Source of the DNA: Lama glama
Taxonomy: Eukaryota
Length of the DNA: 64,000 nt
Assembly (NCBI GenBank): GCA_028534125.1
Contig: CM052816.1
Span: 79,300,001-79,364,000, forward strand
Direction of reading: 5' to 3'
Part shown: positions 13,513 through 23,446 of the stretch, piece by piece
Position numbering within the stretch: position 1 is the first letter of the stretch
Layout: each line of letters opens with the position of its first letter
Program-made: the position numbers and the translations under genes
Notes under the pieces: model-generated
Databases searched by the model: none
What the model saw: only the letters and a program-made list of their open reading frames with translations
What the model was told of the DNA's origin: nothing

Positions 13513-15412
13513 CTACAATACAATGAAAAATATCTTTTCAGTTTTTATTACATGGCAGGGATTTGTTTCTTTTGCTAAAGTAGAATGAGTAATGGATATT
13601 CATGTAATTACTTTTTCCATATAATTTAAAACTGTAACCCTTAGAGAAACAGAAGACAGTCTGAACACCTAAAAATAACAATCAGTTTCCTGATGCTCTC
13701 TCATTATTGTTTCTCAGTTTATTACTTGGCTGAATAATAAATCATTCCAGATTGCACAGAATACTGAGACTTTATATTTTAGTTTGGAGTCTTTGAACTT
13801 TTACTCAGAATAGGTTGAATTAAAAAAAAAAAAGACTCCAAGGGTTTCTATTATACAGGAGGGCACAAGAGTAAAACGTTTTGGTAAATATGGGATAAAG
13901 GTGTTTCAAATGCATGCAAATCACCACTGTGATCAAGGTAACACATTTATCCTCATTTTACTTTTTTAAGTCAGAATATATTTGTTTTTATAACTGTAGG
14001 GAGACTACTGGATTGGAAGTGCTAATTTAATCATCTAATTGGCTCAAATATTCTGACATATTTTATAAAAGATCACTAACTTCTTTTTTAAAAATCACTA
14101 ACCTTTTAAACACTTTGCTCTTGAACACTAATCTACTTTGAGTCTGTTTAGGCTGTTGCTTACTTGAAGTTGCATGCACATGCATTAAAAACAGAAGTAA
14201 GGAAGCAAAATAAATGCATCTACTTAAAAAATGCCTAACTCCTATAGCAGAGGTACCTTCTAGAGCCAGGAGACACTCTTACATGTACTGGGGTATCTTT
14301 CCAGTCCAGAGTATAGAGCTTTTCTTCTTTGTTTAGGTATAAAAAGAGTAAAAAATAGATGTAATCTTGTATTTGTGTTTTTAGCATTTCTAAAGTCCAG
14401 CATGAACTTTATAATTTCCTCTAACCTTTGGGAAAATACAGCAATCCTTTAAAAAATTTCAGTGGTTCAAACCAAATTTACAAGTTTGAGATACTTTTCT
14501 GGTAGCAAGAGCAGAATCTTCCTTTCTTTGATATAACTAGCCATCCAGTAGGTTGTTCAGAAATAAATTGTCTGTTTTGATCAAACCTGAGTATCCAATT
14601 TTACAGAGATGAGAACACTTTCCCAGGTAGTGGAATTTTTGTTAAAATGATCTTTATATGATACCACATTGGTTTTCAGATATGTTAGAAATAAATCATT
14701 CATGTTCCTCAAGATGAAACCATAAATAAACTCAATTGAAACTGAAAAGGCTCAAAGTATTTAAAAATTCTGGTAGTTAGGTAAAATATTTCCACTGTCT
14801 CTACTGGCTATGGCGCATGCAAAGTGTTGTAGGAAAATATTTTCAGTTTATATAGGAATGATTTATCTGGGGGCTTTAGTGTGAAATGTGACAACTATTT
14901 TAATCTTTGGCCTTGTTATTTAAATGAACGAGGCATGTCATGAAATGACTTTCACATAAAATGCAGTAACAGAAACAGATAAGCTTATAAATCTTGTTTA
15001 AGAATCAAAACAAAGCTCTCTTTCAATTTGGTTGTAAGTTAGTCACCTAATGCAATCATCATTTAGAATTATCCAGGAAAAATAGACCTAAATGAACTCA
15101 GATCCTAATCCTAGTCTAGTAACCCTCTGCAATATCTCTCAGAAGGATTACATCAAAATAACACCATTGCTTGGAAGTATACACTTCACCCAAAGAATGT
15201 GAAATCATGTGTGAATAGACACCTAGAATTAGAAAGTTAGAGGAAAACCCATCTTTGGATTTTTGCTCTGTAAGTCTGGAAGATGCCAAATGCTTTTCAT
15301 TTTCAATGTGAAGACTAGTGACTTTTAAGTTTCAGGCTTTTGAAAATAGGATTTGTTTTTGTTTTTGCTTTTGTTTTTGCTATGCTCAATGAAGAGGTCA
15401 ACATTTGTCACA

Positions 15413-15767
15413 TCACTGATCACTTTCATAATGGCTCTCTGAGTTTGATGAACAATCCGAATTAGGTCTTGAGTCAACAGTTGAAGATGATGTTCTTGTA
15501 TTCCATAAACGAATGGCTTTCCTGGGGTCAAAGTTATTAATGTCTGGAGAACTCAGCTGAATTATCAGGAGATCCGTCATACATTCAGCCTTGACCTTGG
15601 CATGCATTTGGGACTTGGTGTGCTTCAACTGACTAAAGCCGCGTTCTGCTTCCGCTGAACTTGCCGGGAGGCTCAGCACCAGGTCAACTAGTGTTAGGAT
15701 GTTCGGGTACTTGTGGAAGTAAACAGAATTCACCAAATCCCAGGTCAATTTGCGGACGTTGTGAAAT
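15413..15767 (-). CDS. hAT transposase-derived module, terminal exon 5: hAT C-terminal (dimerisation) domain YPNILTLVDLVLSLPASSAEAERGFSQLK plus Ser-rich tail and TGA stop
   Basis: ORF 15413..15748 extended to acceptor ttttccctcctag| (phase 2); P-x-S-S-A-x-x-E-R-x-F-S is the canonical hAT motif carrying the catalytic Glu. Confidence 0.92.
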
Positions 15768-15853
15768 CTAGGAGGGAAAATGAAAAAAAAATGTAAAAGA
15801 TTGAGACTCCCAAATAAGATATTTGTAAATATCAGCTATGTTACTCATCTCAC

Positions 15854-15977
15854 CTAGCGTAAATCTCTAATTTCAACATGCTCCATTCTGTGTCCACTTC
15901 GTCAATTTTCACCTTGGCAGCTTCCAGTACTGGTTCATAATGTGCAATCAGGATGGACACCTCTTTTTCTCCAAATT
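15854..15977 (-). CDS. hAT transposase-derived module, exon 4: (E)FGEKEVSILIAHYEPVLEAAKVKIDEVDTEWSMLKLEIYA(R)
   Basis: Not in the ORF track; hand translation; acceptor ttgattgcag|, donor TAG|gtgaga; 124 bp, phase 1 to 2; FG...EW..LK pattern typical of ZNF862-like hAT proteins. Confidence 0.87.
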
Positions 15978-16071
15978 CTGCAATCAATACACAAAAAAGT
16001 CACAGATCTGAAAGACACTTGTACAGACAATCAAAGAACAACAGATTCAGAGCCCGTGCAAGGTAGGTTAC

Positions 16072-16280
16072 CTTGATTGATCTTGGCGGGCCACAATTTA
16101 AAGCTTCCAATTGTGGTTGCCTTCACCACATCTTGGCTGGCATCTCTAAAACAGCCTTGCAGCCTCTTGATAAGATGTGTTAAAACCGTGTTTCTCACGT
16201 CAGAAATGTTTCCTTTTCCTCCAAGGCAGTTACCATGAAAGTGTGTGACTGAATCCACCCTCCGTTCTTTTGGCCCCAGT
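16072..16280 (-). CDS. hAT transposase-derived module, exon 3: (R)LGPKERRVDSVTHFHGNCLGG...SFKLWPAKINQ(E)
   Basis: Within ORF 16031..16306; acceptor ttttttccctccccag|, donor AAG|gtaacc; 209 bp, phase 2 to 1. Confidence 0.87.
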
Positions 16281-16399
16281 CTGGGGAGGGAAAAAAATCC
16301 CCCCAAATAGACAAATTAAATGAAAAAGCACCTAGCAAATGATTTCTCAAGTTGAACTGTCTAGTCTGACAGACCCTCAGATCATCGCTGATACCTTAC

Positions 16400-16617
16400 C
16401 TTGTTTGATATATTCTGAGCATGTCCAGTGTTGACTCTAAGGTGGCAAATACATCAGCAATTGAGGAATTTCTGTTTTGAGTGACCCAGGACAGAATGCT
16501 AAGAATATTAATGACATCCACCAAGAAGTGGACAAATTTAACAACATCTGCTTGGAGAAGGAAGTCTAGAAGTTCTTTGGCTTTCTGATGACTGGTATCA
16601 GTTCTGCTTTCGTCTGT
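16400..16617 (-). CDS. hAT transposase-derived module, exon 2: TDESRTDTSHQKAKELLDFLLQADVVKFVHFLVDVINILSILSWVTQ...MLRIYQT(R)
   Basis: Within ORF 16396..16626; acceptor tgttacag|, donor AAG|gtaagg; 218 bp, phase 0 to 2; resembles hAT helical insertion-domain sequence. Confidence 0.88.
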
Positions 16618-16743
16618 CTGTAACACAGGTGGGAGATAAAATAGTGGTTTATCTTTCTCAAAGTTATTATTTCAAGTTGCTCAGTAAAAGTATTCTCTTT
16701 ATTCTGAAAAACTAAAATAGCATGGTATTTCAAAATTCCTTAC

Positions 16744-17912
16744 CGAATGCAGTTGCTGGACAATTGCTGGATATCCCTTGAGAAAGTTCTGGAGGGCAGC
16801 CTGTAATCCCTGAAGCCACCTCCCACCTCCTACTGGAGAGGGCACCACAGGCTGAAGGTGAAGGCCTTTGAAACCGGCCATCAGAAAACTCTTGTGGAGA
16901 GGAGAATTACGATAGAAGTAATAAATGCTCTGGAGAAGGTCTCTGACGTGGTTGTACAGGGGAACACTCTGGAACACTGCCTTGTACGATAGCTCAAGGT
17001 GATGTGGAAAGCAGTAAACAGCCAGCACACATGGCTGGATTTCTTTTAAAAGCAGGGCCACCCCGCTGCTGTTTTCTGCCTCCGAGCCGGAGGCACCATC
17101 ACTTCCAAAACCAACCAGCTTCTTTGCCCAGTCTTGGTTCGACAGCCGAAGTTGAAGACTTCTCTCCAGAGTTTTCTCAATGGCATTTTTTATTGCCAGA
17201 GGATCCTTCTTTTCCACCATCTGCACCCCGACGATTTGGCAATGCACTTTCCCTGCGTGGGCAAACTGTACGTACACGCGTTCAGCTTCCTGGATGAAAC
17301 TGTCTGTGAGCCCATCACTGATGACAGAGAAGAACTTACTTTTTTCTAATTTCTCTCTTAGCGTTCTCCGTTCTACTTCGGCAATAAAATATGTAAATGT
17401 TCTCGCTGATTTGTTAGTTCTGAACATGAGGCCAATGTCAATGCCCTTCATGTCGTCCAGCGTGCACATCCAGATAAAATCTTTGAGGGGACGTCCGGTT
17501 TCGGCGATAGCATGGCAGGACCTGAACAGGTTCTCCACCCTCCCGAGGGTCACCTTGCTCATGGTCCTCACCATCAGCTCCGTGGTGGCTCTGCCCACTG
17601 GAGAACCGCTTGTCGCTTCCACTAGGGAAGCTCTGGCGTGAGCCTCGCTGAGATGATATGCATTGAGAAATTCGGTCCTGAAGTTGTCGGTGCCGTAAAA
17701 AAGACTCATTTGGTTTCCCCTTGACTTCATTCCATGCTTACGACACAGGCCACAGAACATAAGATTTAGAATCTCATCATATACAAGCCAAGGGTACTTT
17801 TTAAGCCAAATTTTTAAAAACTGGTTGTTCCTCTTTGGAAGGTAATGGTCAAGTTTCCGTGGCCTTTTCTGCTTTTCAGTGACTCGAATCACACCATCTG
17901 GAGGCTCCCTGT
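16744..17912 (-). CDS. hAT transposase-derived module, exon 1: NLS-like KQKRPRK, TTF-type zinc finger, first two catalytic Asp, CxxH, RW (ZNF862/ZMYM1-like type)
   Basis: ORF 16699..17892 extends open upstream to acceptor ttttaaag| at 17912 (alternative acag| at 17908); donor TCG|gtaagg; motifs FSVISDGLTD, GFGSDGAS, YCFPHHLEL, GRW. The 5' boundary is inferred. Confidence 0.88.
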
Positions 17913-19742
17913 CTTTAAAATAACTCCATGTTTTTATTTTAAGTAATCATCAATGCCTCCCTTCGGTTTTGCCTAATCCCTGCCCCTTCGCATTTACTCA
18001 TTTCTGGAAAAATTCTAGTGAGTTTTCACTACTTAGCAGGCATTCTGGCTAGTGCTCCAAGTGCTTTCTATCATTTAATCCTCCTAAACCAGTATCTCTA
18101 CTTTATAGTTCAGAAAAGGGACCAATTATTAGTATCACTAGCCATTTTATGGATTAAAAAAACCCTAAGGCACAGAGAGGTTAATTAGTTTGCCCGATGT
18201 CACAGTGGTCACATGTAGTGGGGCTGGGTTCACTAGCAGGCACTCTGACTCCAGAGCCCCCCAAGTTTACACACTTCACATTACAGGTTTCTCCTATGGG
18301 CAAAGAATGCTGTGGTCTTTTTCATTCTAGAATCTATCTCCACGCAGGAGAGGGACACTGCTTTTTGCAGGATTTGCTTGTGACACCTCTTCCCTCCCGC
18401 CTCAGTCCTGCCTTCTCTGGCGGTGACAGGGCCCACTTGCTCCAAAAGGGTGCCCTTCTCAGGTGGTTCTGGAAAGGAGCTGTGCCGCATGCTTCATCTG
18501 TTTCTTTTCCCCAAAGGTCTAATTTTTGACAATCATTTGATTATTTGCCAGAAAAAAGGGTATTTATTTATCTGGACAAAAGGACAAAATAATTAAAGTT
18601 CCACAAATTGTCCTAAAATACAGTTTCTCCCAGAACACAGATGGCTTAGACCAACCAACCATCCCTCTCTCTGCCTTCACCTTCTGCTCATTTGATGACA
18701 CTGCTATTTCATAGCGCAGTGAAACCTGGACTCTGTGCTTCTGTGACGTTATATTAAAAAATCCTTGTGTTGACACACACGGTGTTTCCCTGCCCTGTTT
18801 TAGGGCCCTAGGCTTTCAGTCCTCAACTGGACTTTGAGCTCTTCTGACAGAAACACACCTACCTCTTCTTTGCTCCAGAATGTGCAAGGTGAGGGCTGAG
18901 TACTAGGTAGACCTGTAAGAAAATCAATCTTTCCTAATTGCTTTTCTTAGTCTCGTATCTCTTAACATCTTTGAATTGAAAACTTTTGCCTTTAGTCAGT
19001 CTGCCTCTGCCTTTCTTATTCTATTTGCACTTAACTTCTAGCTTGCCTTTAACCAGTCTCTTTGCAGTTGTTGTTAAAACAAAGCCCTGGGTTGTTTGTT
19101 TGTTTGTTTGTTTGAAGGATTTTTCCAAATCCTAGATGTTTCTGTGTTCATTGAAAACAAACCTCCCTCCTACCTTTGTTTCTTACCTGCACGTGGGGTA
19201 ACTTCCATGTCTCCCACCCTCGGCCTTCAGGGCCTGCTCTACACACAGGAACCTTGGTGGACATGCATGAACGTGTGAAAAAAGCAGAAATCATGTTGCT
19301 AAAGGAAAAGTCTTTAACTTTCACTACTGATTTAGCTGATACTTATGTTTTCGGTTTCATGGACAGATTTTCCAGAAGGTGCTATCTCGAATTCGGAGCA
19401 TACACTTTCATTCGCCTAATAAATTCTTTGGCTTCACAGGAACATGTTTCCTCCTGAGCCTGTGCCCACCACAGTTTCACCGGGTCCAAAGGCTTCTCAA
19501 TTCATACTGCACGTCCGTGACCTGAATCTGGGCAAGCAGGAGCTCACTGGCCGAGGGACCTGCAGGGCACCTGGCGGCCTCACTTCTTTTTCCTCTCATA
19601 CCCCCCTGGTGAGATACTCCTGTTAATATCATTGATCCTTCTCTCTCACACCTCTCCCAGGAAACGTTGCTGTATTTCTTGATCTGTGTAGATGTCAGAC
19701 TACTTTAAAGACTTTTCAGATCAAAATAGGGGGCTTCCTTAC

Positions 19743-19910
19743 CTGCAAACATAGAGTATCATAGTTTTAGAATTTTCTCAGAGACACTAAGCTTAGGAAA
19801 CCCCCCAAACTTTCTAGTTACTTCTTTCAGGCAACAACCCAGGTGCCCTCCCCGCTGCCTCTCGGTTCGTGCGTGGAGGCTCTGTGCGGAGACGGGAGCG
19901 TCCGCTGCTC
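19743..19910 (-). promoter_or_regulatory. Candidate alternative first exon/promoter for the hAT module
   Basis: Strong donor CAG|gtaagg at 19743; ATGs at 19762 and 19752; 8 CpGs in ~19853-19905. No transcript evidence available. Confidence 0.3.
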
Positions 19911-20969
19911 TCAGACACAGCCTCATTCTCCCACTAATCCACTCTCCAAGTCCTTTGGCTCTAAATGACTTTGATAATCTCTCCTGCATGTCCTCTGAGG
20001 GCCACTTGAGACTTCACAACTCAGCCACCAGCTCTTTGTGGCCTAGCTTCCTGCCACTTGCCTTAGCTGGTCTGTTGCCTGTTCCCTAAATGTCATGCAA
20101 CCTCAAAATCTCGATGTCGATTCCATTTTCGCCTGTGCCTGGAAGACCCTGCCCTGCTTCTCTTCCTGGAAGCGTCTGTCCAGAAGCTTCCCACGGGTTA
20201 AACCCTTTGCTGACACACACGGGCGGCAATAACTACTTCCTCCTTTGAATTCCTGTAAAAACCATATCGCTGAATGATCTTGTTAAGCCACTGCAGCTGA
20301 GAGTTCTTGAACTTGTCTTAGGCCAGTCACTGAGTCTAAAGATCTCCAAAAGGGGCCGGAAGGAGGGGCCCTTGTCAGTTTTTAGAACAAAGCTAAGGGA
20401 CTCGAACAACTGAATGCTGCCTCTCTTTGGAGGAAAGGGTACAGAATTTGCGGGATGGTATGCTCTCCAAATAGCCTCCCAGAAGAAGCCAAAACTGCTA
20501 AGAACCAAATCTCTACAGGTGTTACACGGAGTACTGATGGGCTGACAAGGAAAAGGAGTTCTTGTGGTTTAAGTGGGGACATTGGAACATGGCTAAAGTG
20601 TTCCAGTTTCCACAGACTTCAAATTGCTCCCATTGGAGAAAGGCTGTGTCTTCCTGACGTGCTTGGCACTTGGTGTTTGGGAGGAGATGTACCCATCCAG
20701 AGCTTACATAAAATGAGTGTTTTGGTTTTGTGTTCTTAAGGTCGCCAGGGAGTCACGTTCCTCATGGTTCAATTCCACTAGCTGTTGCGATTTTTTTTTT
20801 TTTCTGGAATTGTTCTCGGGCAATGCTGCAGGTGCCTATTAGGGTGTGTGCACCTTCAGCAATGGAGCTAACATTTTGGATAATCATAAGCATCGTTAGT
20901 ATCAATATTGTAAAATGTTATATATTATATAATAATATAATGTTACTGTAATTATATAATCAAGTGATA

Positions 20970-21170
20970 ATGGCTTACATCACACTTAAATTGCACATGC
21001 TATGTGCCAGACACTTTTAAAGCACTTTACATGTATTAGTTAATTTAAGGCTCATAACAACCCCTTGAAATATCCCATTTTCCAGATGAGGAAAGTGAGA
21101 CTGAAAGGTGTTAAATAACTTGCTCAAGATCCTATTACAGTCATTGGACAAGAAGTGGATTTGGAAGGAG
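20970..21170 (-). mobile_element. MIR SINE
   Basis: tatgtgccagacact...cccattttccagatgaggaaagtgagactga...taaataacttgctcaagatc. Confidence 0.7.
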
Positions 21171-23254
21171 CTGTATGACTCTTCTTACCCATGGTTGGGT
21201 CTGCTTACTCATCCAGCAATGGAGAAGAAGTGAATTTACATGGAAATGCTGGCCTGAGGCCTGACACGCAAGGCCTGATGCCATGCCGATGTTGGCTATT
21301 GCCGTAATCCAGGAAATGTTCACTGAATCCCTCTGTGCTGGGAGTATGTGCATGGGAACGGTTCCTGGGACAGTCCATGCAGAACACATCTGGTAATTCA
21401 GGCTGTCTCCTACCTAAGCTGCTCCTAAATTCTAAGTATAGATCTTTGCTGGGTGGCAAGAAAAATGCTACCAAGACAAGCTATTTCCTTATGTTTTGTG
21501 TGATTATCACGTGTAAGATGAGTTTTTTTTTCCTAGCACATTTGTGACAATCAACAAATGATATTTTATGTCTAATGACTACCCTTACTAAAGGAGATTC
21601 AGAATTATCACAAGTGGCAGAATCTGCCCAGGAAAGGAGTGATAAACATAAGCATTCCAGTATATGATGCATTTTCAATTTTACATCGTTTTCAGTAAGG
21701 ACTATCTTAATGAAGACTTTTAATTTCCATGGAGGTTAACCAACACTCAGAAAAACTTCTTAAGCTTTAGTTTTTTCCATTAATATCATGATACCAGCTA
21801 CTCACAAGTATTTATTCAGTCATTTTTAAATGAAAGATTATCCATTTTCCTCAATAATTTCATTTATGTAGCATAATTAAAAGTCATAAAGTGTAACTTA
21901 ACAATATTAACACTCTTTGTGAATTTTCTAAAAAAATCTTACTATGGGCCTAGTAACATAATGACTATTATGTGCAAATATGGGTGCTTTTTTGTAGAAA
22001 AATTCACCTACTAATCAGATTTTAATATATTTTAGTGAGCTCGAAGCTTACATCCTAGATATCATAGGCTGCATTGGTAAATATGAAATAGTATAAGGAA
22101 ATGCTCATATGTCTTGGCTTAGAAATAATAGCAGTGTTCAAGTTCAAGCAGGAAGTTTTTAAGGATTACGCATTTAGAAATGTACCACTTTCAGCCAGTT
22201 GCTCTATGCTTTCAAACTGTTACCACCTCAACTAAGATCATGTTTTGAAATTATAGATTTCTAGGGTAAATACCATGGAAGGTATCTTAGAAGGAGTATG
22301 ATCAAAAAAAAAATTCATGCAAAAGATTTAAGGCAGTGAACAACAATTGCAAGAATGAGGAAGAAAGACTAAAGTCAGAGGATGCTTTTGGGGACCAGGT
22401 GAACTGGGAGAAGGGGTGAGTGGTAATTCCTGGACTTCCTCACAGAGGGACAAAGTCAGCATTCCCTGCCTGACTTCTAAGATGGCATCAGAGAACCTCT
22501 AATTCTGTGACTCTGGGATGCAGAAAATGGAATGATTATTCTGTTTCCCTTTATACATTAGCAAAATGACAACATTGAGTATCATTTCTATTGATAGACT
22601 ACCCGATACTTAAGAAGCACCATATGCAACGTATATTTTTTCAAACAGGGTAACTGAGCTAATAACAAAGGGTTCAGGCTCTTTGCTTATAGTCTGTAAC
22701 TCATTTTGATCCATCAAGATCCCCCAATTCCATGGGATTGGATAGCTTTGTAAATTCTGCATTAATTACAACTGTTATTCTTAAACCTGGGTTAACTCGC
22801 CAGCTGGGGTGGGTGGAGGTGGTTCCCCAGACAGAGGAGGCCTCTGCACCTGTTTTCCTGCAATTCATGCAGCTGGGGAAGGAAAAGCAGAGCAGTTCCT
22901 AACCTTCCCTCGAGCAACCACACTCATTCTTCATTCTACACGTTTTCTAGTGGCTGCTCCCCCAACTTTAAATAGCCTCTGTATCTTTGCCATTACATCA
23001 CTGTTGACTTCTTTCAGTTCCTCCCTCCAAGGTATTTTATCACAAAATTTTCCTGACCAACCTTGTTGCACACTGATTCTCCTTTGCTTTGCATACTTGA
23101 ACACTTTTATCAAGTTCCTATTCTGTTCCAGAAAGAACCTAAGTAGAAGTTTATATTTTCTTCTTCTTTGATTGCTTTTTCAAATTATATTCTAAGTCCC
23201 TAAGGCAAGTGGCTTTCCTTTTATACTTACCTTAAATTTTTTTCCCTTTTTATG

Positions 23255-23446
23255 CTGGTGGGAGAGGTAATTAGGTTTATTTATTTATTTATCTATGTGC
23301 AAAATTTCTTTAAATTTTTAAAAAATTTTGAAATAATTATAGATTCAGAGTAAGTTTAAAAAGAAGTACAATGGAGGTACTGAGGATTGAACCCAGGACC
23401 TCATGCATGCTAGGCATGCACTCTACCACTGAGCTATATCCTCCCC
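23255..23446 (-). mobile_element. tRNA-derived SINE (camelid Vic-1-like), interrupted by ~75 bp of AT-rich sequence
   Basis: Minus strand GGGGAGGATATAGCTCAGTGGTAGAG...GGTCCTGGGTTCAATCCTCAGTACCTCC (A and B boxes) and tail AAATAAATAAACCTAATTACCTC. Confidence 0.8.

Noticed and set aside
17004..17641. Plus-strand ORFs of 97, 71 and 153 aa overlapping the transposase exon
   Set aside because: Antisense shadows of the real minus-strand frame; no recognisable protein features.
19817..19835. RFX X-box-like half sites (gttact...ggcaac), attractive for a ciliary gene
   Set aside because: The 7-bp spacer is far outside the 0-3 bp of a canonical X-box.
23370..23446. Possible tRNA gene (also 59970-60041)
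   Set aside because: A and B boxes are present, but the stems are degenerate and both copies have SINE-type tails, so they are tRNA-derived SINEs.
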